From positions 64,001-128,000 of the IMG/VR virus record IMGVR_UViG_3300025141_016305: DNA of 64,000 bases. One strand, written 5' to 3'. Origin of the DNA: a virus. The position numbers and the translations under genes are program-made. The notes under the pieces were generated by a model. The model worked only from the letters and a program-made list of their open reading frames with translations. It searched no databases and was not told the origin of the DNA. Shown here piece after piece: positions 30,401 to 38,801 of this stretch. The stretch's first letter is position 1, and every line of letters begins with the position of its first letter.

Positions 30401-33400
30401 AGGGTTTTCTCTTCCATAATTATTTACATTTAGAGCATGCTCTTTTATTTCATTGTGATTAAGCTTGTCCGTCCAAACATTTAAGAAAATGCCTCTTGTA
30501 TCTGCAGAATTAACAATGGCTCCAGTCAAATGGGTTCTCTCTGCTCCCATGTAGAAAGACTTGTTAAATTTAGACCAATACTCATATTCAGTTTGGTTTA
30601 TCGCAGAAGTTAAGTGAAAACTATTTCTCAACACATCTACATCATATTGCTTTCCTATGAATTCTACTTTGTATCCGTAATCATCTATTTCTCCAAATGG
30701 CACAGAACTATCTTTTGAAGCTATAACTGCAAAATTCCATCGAGAGTTATTATACACTTGTTGGTAATAACTGGAGGTGATTTCATGAAATTGGCCAAGA
30801 GAACTTGTTAATTTAAAGTAAGCTGTGTCGTCTTTGTTTGGATGTTTTATGGCTGACACATTGAAAGATAACTGATTTGAAAGATCTCCTCCTGTGTGTG
30901 TCGAAGGAGTTCCATCAGAGCCACTGTGCATACCAACACCAACCTGAGATGCGCCCCCGCCGACATTGTTGACTACAATGGCCTGATTTCCAGCTGCTCC
31001 ATTATTTTGGTTTTGAATATTGACGACTGTATTATCTAGTGTAGCATCGAAATTGGCCGGCAGGTTGTTTATTATTCTTTGTATTTGCGATGCGATTTCA
31101 GTATTTGTTAAATACCCCGTGTTCGATGGGCCGGCGAGTGAGGAACTTTGAGGGACGCCGCCCGGGGCAAAGATCCAATCTTGACTGTCAAAGCTGGCCG
31201 TCAGGACACGCTGTGTGGCTGCGGTGGCGATTTGAGGGCCGTTGCCGTTCCAATAGTGCTCCGGAGAGCTGTCACCGTCCTCACCACCATTAAGTCTCAA
31301 ACTCCCAGAAGCGAGCTGAGTCCAAGTGTCTTCTCCCGCGTATTGTGCGATGCGTACGCCCAGCGGCTGGCCAGTGCCGGCTCCCAAAGTGTTGTCGTCT
31401 GCTTTAACTTGCATCGTGCCCTGTACAATGCCCGCGTTCATAGGTGAGTAATAAGAAATACTGGCCGCTTCTGTAATGTTGTTCGCTCTCTGGTCTCCTG
31501 CTGCGTCCATGAGTTCAGTATTTTGTAACTTTATGTGCCCTCTTTGTGCAGCGTCCGTTATCGCCATGCCGACATTATAGAACCACTCGGTAATATGGCC
31601 GCCGGCGGCTGCAACTAAACTAAACTGAGAAGCCACAGAGTAGTCGTTATCCGAGTTTCTTCTAACTCTATTTTGGTAGGCAGTTTTTGTTCCTCCGCCA
31701 GAAGCAGTGATGCTTACGATGTTTGTCGAAAAAGAGCCGGTATCAACAAAATTAATCTTTAATATTTTTGTGTTTGCATCGAGGATCTGAATTTGGATTG
31801 GCTCAGACTTTCCAGATGACCAATGAGTCCTCCACATTCCATTGTATGTGCCAGAATCAGTACCTATCTGCAGCGGGTACAAGTAAAATTGAGCATAGCC
31901 GCCTGGAAATTCATGGTCGGAACCGTCGCCGCCAAAGTTGTTTCCTTTTTGAACTCTTGCATATACTGGTATGTTGTTCCAAGAAATATTATCGCCTCGA
32001 AGATAATTTGTTTTTGAATCATCATGTCTTGCTTCAAGCACTATCGTGTTTAAATCGTCATCATCACTAGCGCCGTCGATAATAGTGATCGTCGAACCAG
32101 TTGGAGGCGAAGATGCTATTGATATATAGCCGGATGACGAGGTAGCCGCAACGGCCGGTGTTGTAACTACAGGAGCGGAATCATAAGTTGGGCCGCAGCC
32201 ATAAAGGGAAGAATTAGTTATGGCTGCGGGTACATTAAGTTTTGGAAAAATAAAAGAACCCTCAGCTGTCCAAGGCGTCATCAAATAAGTTGAACCAGAC
32301 ATAAACTTTCTAGTCTCTTCTTCATTAGAGGCTGAACTTGTTTGTATTATATTTGCGTCTTTATTAACCCCTTCGAAAGAGATCGTTTTCTTCTTTACAG
32401 CAGTATAAACTGGTTCGTTTAAAATCTCTCTTTCTTCGTTGTTTGCATATACATTAAGGCGTATAAGATTTTCGTCAATACCAAAGCACCTTATAAGGTT
32501 TCTGTATGAAGCTTCTGTTCCTTTAGATTTAAAAATATGATTTAAATTTCTATAAATATTTTTAAGAATCTTATTTTTAATATCATACGTATTTTGTTCA
32601 AAAAGAATAGAAGGAGATTGGGGGTCTCCTTGTCCATAAAACATCTCTTCGATAGTTTCATATCTAGATAGCGCTGATTCTGTATAGTTCGATCCCTTTG
32701 GAGGATCCACATTAAAGCCGCGGCCCATGAGCTGTAATCTTGCAAGCTTTGAATTATCTTCAAACCCTGCAGAATTAACTGAAAATTCATTTGCGCAACC
32801 AAACAAATATTGATCATCAGAAAATACATAATTTGAACCTGTAACGTTTGTAAATTCTGTTAATTCTGACGATTTAATTCTTGTCAGATTATCGATATAA
32901 GATTTAATGCTATCGAATTCTGAGGCCATGGCCTGTAGGAGAATCCCCATCTGACTCTTTATATTACTCGACCCCTCTCCGTCAGAATCGTACGCCCATT
33001 GTGGGACACTTTTCGCTAATGCTGTATGGTTTTGTGAATCATATCCTTTGCCGATCTTAATATATTCTTGCAGTGTACCCCTCGTTAGAGCCTCATACAT
33101 TACTGGGTCGGCGGATTCGTTATTAACTGCAGCGGAATCAGTTATAGCAGATCCGGCTACTCTAGAGGTGCTATTATAGCCAACAAATAAACCATTGGCT
33201 ATTCTTCCGGAATAGTCCAATATTATATTATCTGTCGAGTCTTGGCCTAAAATTCCTTCATTAAATTTATAATATAGCCCTAGGCCCGGGGCATGAGTGA
33301 TATCATCAACAGTTGCACCATATACCGGTTTGTCATAATAGACGCCTATTTCCCTTGCGTTTCGCTCAGTTTTCCAAAACCTAAAATCATCCACTGATCC

Positions 33401-34534
33401 GGATAATTTTCCCCAACCTAGGCCGGCTTGGGTAGTGGTTGTAACAGTAGAGACGGGTGCGGCTGCTGCACCAATAGTACCAGACATTGTTAATAACACT
33501 CTACCAACATTTGTACTATTCTTGATTGTCTCTTGTGGGTGGCCGGCAGTGTCTTTCTCCAAAACACCATCAACATAAAGTCTAGCTTTTAGAGCGCTGC
33601 CAGTATTTGCTACAGATACAGCATAGTGATGCCATTTACCATCAGCTACCTGGCCAGAAGTTAGATTAGTGGTTATTTGTCGACTTGAAAAGCCTACGTT
33701 GCCAGACAGATATGTAACCAAAAAAGGGTTAGAGCTAGATCCAGTTAATTCGACCAAAAATCGCCCATGGCCGGTATTAGCTGGAAGTGGTGAATTTACT
33801 GTGTATGAATCAAATACAACTTCTCTTTTGGATGCGTCTTCAAATTTAGATTTTTTCAACCAAAATTCAACAGTATTTCCATGTTCACCATCTATCTCTA
33901 TGTTGTTGGTCATCCTCAGCGAGGGAAGATATCTAGTATTAGGATTCACCCCACCATCAAAAGCAATATATTCTAATTTATCTGTAAGGTTATAATATGT
34001 AGAATTGGAACTTATAGAACCAGTATCACTTAAAGAAAAATTAACGTACCCAGTGGCTTTCGGATAAACATGTCTAAGAACTGAAACGTCTAACGCTGAA
34101 GCGCTCAATAACCACTCCAGCCTTTCGGCCCTTGAACCATCATAAGGATAAGTCTCTGTTATCCTATAAAACGCATCTCTATAATATTGTTCCGCGGAGC
34201 CATAACAAGCAAAAGTTGAAGGATCCTTAAAATCAACACTTGGCCTGATTAAGTTTTGAAGCTTGTGATGGGCGCTTATAAACCTATTTGACTCTATATC
34301 ATTCTCAATATTGCTGCCAATAGTGTCACTTATTCCCATACCGTGCTGAGGGCCTAAATACTGAGGGTTACCTATCGGCCTTGGTTCTTCCACTTCTGGG
34401 AGTCTATTCTGAATTCCTGATTCTGTATTTGCCCTGCCAGAAGGAGCACCAGGATTAAGATCCCTGTTGGTCTCTTCTTCTAAACCGGTAGCTCTGGTTC
34501 TTGGCGGGGGGAGGTTGTTGTTGTCATGACTCAT
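24461..34534 (-). CDS. Giant tail/baseplate-associated protein (3357 aa) with LamG/concanavalin-like domains
   Basis: LamG signature at about 33190-33880: TVEFW...DGKWHHYAVS...LYVDG...SGSVDDFRFW...LYYKFNE. IFKSKGTEASYRNLIRCFG resembles the KGT motif of baseplate wedge/P2 gpI-like proteins. A second LamG-like domain is interrupted. Confidence 0.75.
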   Translation of the reverse strand: MSHDNNNLPPPRTRATGLEEETNRDLNPGAPSGRANTESGIQNRLPEVEEPRPIGNPQYLGPQHGMGISDTIGSNIENDIESNRFISAHHKLQNLIRPSVDFKDPSTFACYGSAEQYYRDAFYRITETYPYDGSRAERLEWLLSASALDVSVLRHVYPKATGYVNFSLSDTGSISSNSTYYNLTDKLEYIAFDGGVNPNTRYLPSLRMTNNIEIDGEHGNTVEFWLKKSKFEDASKREVVFDSYTVNSPLPANTGHGRFLVELTGSSSNPFLVTYLSGNVGFSSRQITTNLTSGQVADGKWHHYAVSVANTGSALKARLYVDGVLEKDTAGHPQETIKNSTNVGRVLLTMSGTIGAAAAPVSTVTTTTQAGLGWGKLSGSVDDFRFWKTERNAREIGVYYDKPVYGATVDDITHAPGLGLYYKFNEGILGQDSTDNIILDYSGRIANGLFVGYNSTSRVAGSAITDSAAVNNESADPVMYEALTRGTLQEYIKIGKGYDSQNHTALAKSVPQWAYDSDGEGSSNIKSQMGILLQAMASEFDSIKSYIDNLTRIKSSELTEFTNVTGSNYVFSDDQYLFGCANEFSVNSAGFEDNSKLARLQLMGRGFNVDPPKGSNYTESALSRYETIEEMFYGQGDPQSPSILFEQNTYDIKNKILKNIYRNLNHIFKSKGTEASYRNLIRCFGIDENLIRLNVYANNEEREILNEPVYTAVKKKTISFEGVNKDANIIQTSSASNEEETRKFMSGSTYLMTPWTAEGSFIFPKLNVPAAITNSSLYGCGPTYDSAPVVTTPAVAATSSSGYISIASSPPTGSTITIIDGASDDDDLNTIVLEARHDDSKTNYLRGDNISWNNIPVYARVQKGNNFGGDGSDHEFPGGYAQFYLYPLQIGTDSGTYNGMWRTHWSSGKSEPIQIQILDANTKILKINFVDTGSFSTNIVSITASGGGTKTAYQNRVRRNSDNDYSVASQFSLVAAAGGHITEWFYNVGMAITDAAQRGHIKLQNTELMDAAGDQRANNITEAASISYYSPMNAGIVQGTMQVKADDNTLGAGTGQPLGVRIAQYAGEDTWTQLASGSLRLNGGEDGDSSPEHYWNGNGPQIATAATQRVLTASFDSQDWIFAPGGVPQSSSLAGPSNTGYLTNTEIASQIQRIINNLPANFDATLDNTVVNIQNQNNGAAGNQAIVVNNVGGGASQVGVGMHSGSDGTPSTHTGGDLSNQLSFNVSAIKHPNKDDTAYFKLTSSLGQFHEITSSYYQQVYNNSRWNFAVIASKDSSVPFGEIDDYGYKVEFIGKQYDVDVLRNSFHLTSAINQTEYEYWSKFNKSFYMGAERTHLTGAIVNSADTRGIFLNVWTDKLNHNEIKEHALNVNNYGRENPQLVNAHNTGSNRLNLNTLALSWQFDNNPAFSSSVLSIVDFASGSLGDVEKYGEVVGYKYPGISENFTNQNTAIVQDYLQSVEYVELDNAYTSDRVKIKDQEIDKFTTDSRPITYDFAFEKSMYQIISKEMLNFVAGLVSFNNMLGEPVNKYRPNYKMLEKVKEKFFSRVQNDVDLDQFVNYYKWIDASLGRMLYELQPASSNLRADLKNVVESHALERNKYQHKAPTLEFKEPSLPETPFLGINELLYDWEHGHSADNEANNCLWQKERKERENTAGRQTLNNIITKDVEGSTYVLRSLTKPYKFSVDRQDFLIPGSNRKANKIDGLYKVINSGKEISISANDIYDFKKCDDILDPNKKKIYTAKTDTSDTDGYLDADADLILPFTLHSSSVGNDFSDFKEKLAITNNHDDEDSITALQGPFTRAHVGGMPHRRVPFGTPEQNRPEGYDIVEAAGSITVKSPGMNSTPKSMFHRDLGSMRFMNIANIKHTTSSLLLGNYNKDYEVVITNARASNNNYFIDNEGSFIGTEPYGTSRNLREPREQPQPNAQPLAAVGTIVYDANPASGNQVNIISATGVDKTYEFRDEGVSASAPKITVTRGANARASIDNLKTAIDANHGSTVTVVHTNGGNVNTGTLTITQASAGPDGNTVLSRTGAWTDSITGFSGGKFFAGSSVRTQFINHPERDYALPDRGRTEHVIVNRFSAHEASFDPSGSAIGADSYKYDKASGELSVYSTMNYRNLRVRTDLNYDSAQPFAQTYTLLPTGGYARSRGNAVIDHRPRHANGEVIPKPSTFGDTFGVHSAYKSIAGNPFLDRYSKYNGFVQGEIPSYDLGYSWIRTSQVIYPDTSYLNPGSYFLLRNGGFRHQFIGGDVTTYGPHHAENRKLNTDTTRSNKTISSAESIQFLSQSEFGVVEYPGQLGLVYGLNAPSVFSPTSWRSHLFVDFAGLNTIVREPLSSSANSLGHESFTITQGSSPHIGWINYINDEIVAGPFLGGSGHAQAGKDLAGLSGDGAGLVLNSIILNRQGPYGWPSWKQTRGGSHPVMRHHRKNNTFSIVRRGTSFNVSSLMDYHFSFHPAEQINVPNANKDGTGSETGAVPVTTKTSARTVENYKDIFATNRFNPLTLTKHRMKRPTDSAFAELGTLMIRGNATSQLVEHQMWNADEYYYNVATDPSQELGLLQERFSEEGDATENFIFDVDSIQSIREVMHGSVSLRVSFQNELTTYANPEIIKDLNVDEIKPHRFDAIYETWFPESTAQNKDRELRELNYIETIYPREENTFTKNARTREGFVFHGYPTAVRADRTYTRAPEHKTPTNDNVIGGWSDNTSYRHTTIQRPDYWQYRYTVSGTFADMSPMVLPIIKTYKKSISVPGRHQIWPERMLNTEINEKNHFQHTFFGSYQYINARQIHDDSISLGDLDYTALSLTAMTMSSWPLDGPLMDPVEIQNTWGGNYTGIAQIHSWGLRGPSSGYTLKTWMRNRMDQRSDSAGSLNKGGGQGGRGQGMFQNDFGNWPCGLNLIYGTPPPSIVYNRKIPQTAYIRAADAGTAGEEYLAGEAIWSAADNKPKPFFNSYEEYRDEMRRVGQDHSIVPEFRISEYVEKFFDLDSFSDISCIKDDFLSLTGAIHQHSSGDIQVGSQFFKTYGTSDFMKYFGVVTERLDVQEKFDKPYAGGMVPTKLTLRCQAVKRFLPYRGFYPAERIMQLGEIFHDNYLKSGSYSAAPNSYITGGLPNHARYNLLDHRIRASKQQAMKLIFGPGILMNSIKAGLAVDYPMLPIRDVGPGQGKSQFVPEGGNPFPGATGDYCLTNILATEWILTESCQMACFADVAHTHICSGSATEKIADLTGTDYLYQFKGVMGDPVVSLTTSGSSDSSTWHFMSSLGTIYTAGFTGSLLNRTTDEGIPRLHGGVYSYDVDNPYYIRDEKKGILSRVPNNFIVEDFPADSNLQEPIKPETYTLYYGPQVCNAFWYLGLPEGSG
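28398..28750 (-). repeat. Protein-level repeat module (A-x-G-x-I...T-Q...G-N-T...F-x-G-G), copy inside the 3357-aa protein
   Basis: Aligns by eye with copies at about 30900-32160 and 35452-35829. Confidence 0.65.
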
Positions 34535-36399
34535 GGATTCACTCTAAACTTAAACTTTTCTTTTTGCTCAACAAAATCAGTACTATCTTTGTAGAGAAAA
34601 CTTATTTCATATAAATAGTTTGGCTCTAAAATTGACATATCTAAATCGAAAAATAAACCTTTTTCATCATAAGATAATGAAGAAAAGCTAGGAGAACTAC
34701 CAGTGGAATAAGGTATAATCTCTAAATTGTCTGATACTCTCACAACTCTGTAATAGGCATCTTTTATAATCGTGGCTGTTGCTGTATTGCTAGCAACTGT
34801 ATAAATATTTGGTTGCCATGATTTATCTCTAGTAAAAATCCTAAAAGTATAAACTTCATTTTTGTCATATGAAGATTTTAAATTAGTAATATTTGTAAGA
34901 TAAGAAGGTATCTCCATATAGGAGCCAGGAGACTCAGTTGTTACCGTAAAGCCCGAACCTGTAAAAATTTGTTCGTGCCCTGAACTGCCTGTTGTACTCC
35001 AGACGTCTATCAACTTTGTCTCCGTGCCTGCATATGCAAACTCTGCTTTATATATCCCCTTGGAAGCTCTACTAGCGGTTATATGACTCAGGTTGATAGT
35101 AGTCACGCCACCGCCTTGAGAAAGGGCTTCAGCCGGGGCGGAGGCAGATGTATGCAATTGTACTAAGAGGGCTGACCCCGTATTTGGAATATCTACCAAA
35201 TTGTTTCTTCTTCTGTTATAGAGATAAATATTATTAAGATTATCTGCAGGGGGAGCTAAAGAGCTAGATTTTATAACACTGCTTCTGTCATCTTTAGTGG
35301 AAGCATCCCACTGTGCCTCTATAACCGGTCTTTTGAAAAAATTGTGAGAAGATCTTGCAAAAAACTTCTTAGTATAAAAAGATCTTAACTGTGCTCCATC
35401 TTCATATGAGCCGCTTAATCTTAATACAAAACCATTATTTGGGGCGCCTGTTCCGCCATTAAAGCTATTAAGTACAGCAACAGCTTCAGCCACACTTGAA
35501 GAAAGTGTTGTGTTTCCATAAAATCCCCTAATATTTTGGGTTAAGCTAGCAGTTACCTCTGAGGCGTTTTCATTTGCTCCGACTTTTGTTGCAGAAATGG
35601 CTGATCCTAAACCACTATTGTTTATCTCTTGAACTAAACTCTCGACAGATCCAGTGAGACCGGTCGACCCGATTGGGACCAAGACTGTTTTTCCAACAGA
35701 GCCACTAGTGTTAGAAAATTTAAATATTCTATGATCTCCCTCGTGAGAGTATATTTTAAATTCACTATCAACGGATACAGGCGTTGCAAGATTAGCCCCT
35801 TTAAAAACAATCGAACCAGTAGCTGCTGTTGATAACCCTTTGTAATCTTTTATGAATTCTTCTGTTATAGCTGTGACGTCGATTATAAAATCTTCCGTTC
35901 CGATATCAAACCCAGCTTGATAGTCTAATGGTGCCAATGGATTGTGTATAATTGCCGGGTCTGCGTAGTCGCTCCCCTGATTGTGCCAAGCTAAACCGGT
36001 ACTACATGAAACCCAGTTACTATTTCCAACATCTGTGAAGGATTCCATGTCGAGACCAGTACCCTCACTCCAATCCCTAACTAAAGGATGTGCAGTTACT
36101 GAAAACTTTTCGGGAGTAGTCTGCCCATGGGCAGCGTTAAAGAGTTTTAACTTAAAAGTAACGGATCCAGAACCCAGCATATATGCACTATCTCTATCAT
36201 TTGAAATTCCACTGACTGGGATTTGTACCAAAATTCTAGATTGCTCTAGTGAAGAAGTGTTGGATTGGCCAAATATTGAAAAAATCTCTACTATATCTGA
36301 AGAACCCATATTGGCCAGGGTCGCTCTGTTACTTAAATTTGTTTTAAAAGCAGAAGAAATGGTGTTGTCTTTTCCAGCTATATATCTTTTTATAGACAT
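34531..36399 (-). CDS. Virion structural protein (622 aa) with a DNRLRE-like N-terminal beta domain
   Basis: KDNTI...N.G...VEI...SRILVQ...KLKLF...WSEG...W...NNGFVL...RP.IE pattern; very rich in TGS/SGS. Confidence 0.6.
   Translation of the reverse strand: MSIKRYIAGKDNTISSAFKTNLSNRATLANMGSSDIVEIFSIFGQSNTSSLEQSRILVQIPVSGISNDRDSAYMLGSGSVTFKLKLFNAAHGQTTPEKFSVTAHPLVRDWSEGTGLDMESFTDVGNSNWVSCSTGLAWHNQGSDYADPAIIHNPLAPLDYQAGFDIGTEDFIIDVTAITEEFIKDYKGLSTAATGSIVFKGANLATPVSVDSEFKIYSHEGDHRIFKFSNTSGSVGKTVLVPIGSTGLTGSVESLVQEINNSGLGSAISATKVGANENASEVTASLTQNIRGFYGNTTLSSSVAEAVAVLNSFNGGTGAPNNGFVLRLSGSYEDGAQLRSFYTKKFFARSSHNFFKRPVIEAQWDASTKDDRSSVIKSSSLAPPADNLNNIYLYNRRRNNLVDIPNTGSALLVQLHTSASAPAEALSQGGGVTTINLSHITASRASKGIYKAEFAYAGTETKLIDVWSTTGSSGHEQIFTGSGFTVTTESPGSYMEIPSYLTNITNLKSSYDKNEVYTFRIFTRDKSWQPNIYTVASNTATATIIKDAYYRVVRVSDNLEIIPYSTGSSPSFSSLSYDEKGLFFDLDMSILEPNYLYEISFLYKDSTDFVEQKEKFKFRVNP
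34610..34620 (-). promoter_or_regulatory. Candidate late-promoter motif (sense AACTATTTATA) upstream of the 3357-aa gene
   Basis: Exact motif in the 3' end of the upstream gene, 75 nt before ATG 34534. Confidence 0.45.
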
Positions 36400-36412
36400 T
36401 CAATCAATCCCT

Positions 36413-38269
36413 TTAATAATTTCTTTTTCCATTGTATTGTTTCATCACTATATCCGATGGTCTCTTGATTTCCCATATATGATCCGGGTCGATTTTCAAA
36501 GATTCCATGGGTCTTAATTTGCCTCTAGTGTCATACAAATTTCCTTCGTAACCTGTACCAGCTTTGGAAACCAAATTGACTGAACGTACCATACTAACGC
36601 CCGGAAAGTTTTGGATTATAGACCAAACCTTTGAAATATTGAAATGTTCTCCGATTTCTGGTGGGTTCATTGTTAATTCTTTATACAAAGTGTCCCTTAA
36701 TGGGCCTGTTAATCTTTCTCTGCTTGTGTTGCCCTCTGCTACAATATCATATTCTATTCCCAAATTTACTATATATGCGGGAAAAAGATCAACACTGTCT
36801 GATATCATTCTTCTAGTATTCAGAAAGGTTTTCAAATTTGCATATAAAGAAGGTGTTGGAGCCTGCAACTTTCCATCCGGACCTTCAGCGATAATGTACA
36901 TGTTTAAGTTTCGTCTAAAATCGTTATCGTCTCTTATAACTGTCGCTCTTTTGATTTTTCCATAGCGCGGTGGCATAGCATAAACCGCAGCTGCATAATC
37001 CTGCAGTGTGACTGCTCTCTTTTGTGCTGCGAAAGCCCCGCGGTGGCGGTGCTTCATCTCATTTGTCGACATCATGGAAACATCACCATTTATTGGGTTT
37101 GGGTTTCTTACCCTTATGCTATCTCTTACATACTTAATATAAGAGGGGTTCAGCAAATGCTCACTCTTAAACGTCATCCCAGTACTTAAAACTTGATTAC
37201 ATGCACCGGCAGCGACATTTACATTGCTTTTTTCATTATATTTATATTTTATTGTTAATGTTGTGTTGATTGGAGAAACCCCTAATTTATCGTTAGAGAC
37301 TAATTTGGTAGGATCGACAGATCTTGTACCATCCAAAGTACTTTTTCCGCTCATTTTTATCGCTAAATTGCTAGGATCTGCAACTGCATCTTCTTTAATC
37401 TTGTTAGCAGATCCAAAAGAAAATTCTAAAAATGTTTTTCCTCTTCTTTTTCTAACTACAAATCTTCTCATAACTGCCTCTGGGCGCATTATAGAAGATA
37501 CTTGAGTATTTGTATCTGAGATATTTGGTATGCTTTTCAACATAGAATTGGAAGTTAATGAATCTAGTTGGTGATATTCGTTGCCCTCTGAATCCGTTAC
37601 GCTTACAATTCCACTTACGTTTGGATGCCTCACTTCAATAATTGGTGACCTTGTAGGAACACCAACCACAGTGGATTGTTGCGCAATTTGACCAGAAGTT
37701 ACAGGAATTGACAACTTTGCAAGAAAAACTTTAACTTTAGATCCGTCGATTTCGGCAACTTCAGTGTTTGTGAAGTCAACCAAAACATCTTGAATTGTTA
37801 TATCATTGTCCAAAGTGAAAGTCTGACCACTTTCTGTGGCCAACAACATAAAAGGAGAAGAGTCACCTGCGTGCAAAACACCATCAAGATACGTACTATC
37901 TGGCTGGCCGTTGGCATCAGCCGGGATGGATAGGATCATTTCTAACGTTGTTGAGACTCTGGCCGCCAAGTCAAACTCTGCGCCATGCTCCTCCGCGAGG
38001 TCCCTAACGCTATTCTCTTCCTGCGCAGTAACCAGATTTGATTCTGCTGCGATATAATCTGTATAAAACGCTAATTGATCTCCAACATAAGACACCAGAT
38101 CAAACATCAAAGACCCAAAAGATGAAGCATTAAAATCTTGATATGTGTCTGGGTAATTTACTTTTACATACTCTACGAGTCTTTGTTTTATTGTGTCAAA
38201 ATCTCTAGCAGTATAATCTATAAAATTTTTAGGCACATTAATTGCGCGGTTGTTTATTCTTATTCCCAT
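36413..38269 (-). CDS. Baseplate wedge protein (T4 gp6 / baseplate J-like)
   Basis: DYTARDFDTIKQRL...YPDTYQDFN...YVGDQLAFYTD N-terminus and QKRAVTLQDY motif; adjacent to the gp25-like gene. Confidence 0.85.
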   Translation of the reverse strand: MGIRINNRAINVPKNFIDYTARDFDTIKQRLVEYVKVNYPDTYQDFNASSFGSLMFDLVSYVGDQLAFYTDYIAAESNLVTAQEENSVRDLAEEHGAEFDLAARVSTTLEMILSIPADANGQPDSTYLDGVLHAGDSSPFMLLATESGQTFTLDNDITIQDVLVDFTNTEVAEIDGSKVKVFLAKLSIPVTSGQIAQQSTVVGVPTRSPIIEVRHPNVSGIVSVTDSEGNEYHQLDSLTSNSMLKSIPNISDTNTQVSSIMRPEAVMRRFVVRKRRGKTFLEFSFGSANKIKEDAVADPSNLAIKMSGKSTLDGTRSVDPTKLVSNDKLGVSPINTTLTIKYKYNEKSNVNVAAGACNQVLSTGMTFKSEHLLNPSYIKYVRDSIRVRNPNPINGDVSMMSTNEMKHRHRGAFAAQKRAVTLQDYAAAVYAMPPRYGKIKRATVIRDDNDFRRNLNMYIIAEGPDGKLQAPTPSLYANLKTFLNTRRMISDSVDLFPAYIVNLGIEYDIVAEGNTSRERLTGPLRDTLYKELTMNPPEIGEHFNISKVWSIIQNFPGVSMVRSVNLVSKAGTGYEGNLYDTRGKLRPMESLKIDPDHIWEIKRPSDIVMKQYNGKRNY

Positions 38270-38271
38270 TT

Positions 38272-38736
38272 TTAATAATCCCTATTAATAGTAGATTCTA
38301 TTTTTGTGTTTTGCTGTACCATATCCTCACTGTCATTAGCAACTGTCCAGCCGTCTGTGCCGACGTTCATGGATCCTTGTAAATTTAAGCGCTTAACATA
38401 ATAATGTATTGTAATATGCGCTTGGCTGATGTCGATTAACTCCGGGTCAGATTTAACATCTACTGACGTTATTTGTATTGCTGGTAGGTACCTTTTTACT
38501 TGTTGTTTTATTTTTCCTACAACTGCCATAAACTCTTGAGAATTTGCAGTTTCAAATAAATATTTTGTCAAACCCACTCCCAGAGCAGGTCTCATGGGCC
38601 ACTCGCCAGGTATTGTTCTTAAAAGAAACAAGAGGTCTTGATGTAGAGACCGGGCGACTTCCTCTCTCTCGATTGCCATATATGGCCCGTGTTCGAGATT
38701 CTTTTTTAATGGCCATACAGGCTGCAACAAGCTCAC
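38272..38736 (-). CDS. Baseplate protein, gp25/GPW-like
   Basis: LLFLLRTIPGEWPMRPALGVGLTKYLFE...IKQQVKRYLPAIQI; start moved to GTG 38736 after a GGAGG RBS. Confidence 0.85.
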   Translation of the reverse strand: MSLLQPVWPLKKNLEHGPYMAIEREEVARSLHQDLLFLLRTIPGEWPMRPALGVGLTKYLFETANSQEFMAVVGKIKQQVKRYLPAIQITSVDVKSDPELIDISQAHITIHYYVKRLNLQGSMNVGTDGWTVANDSEDMVQQNTKIESTINRDY

Positions 38737-38752
38737 AAAACTATCCTCCAGA

Positions 38753-38762
38753 TATAAATAGT
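38753..38762 (-). promoter_or_regulatory. Candidate late-promoter motif (sense ACTATTTATA)
   Basis: Intergenic, immediately upstream of the GGAGG RBS of the gp25-like gene (16 nt before GTG). Confidence 0.6.
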
Positions 38763-38801
38763 GATTTATCAATATTCTTTGCAAATAAGTTTGTTTACAT
38801 T

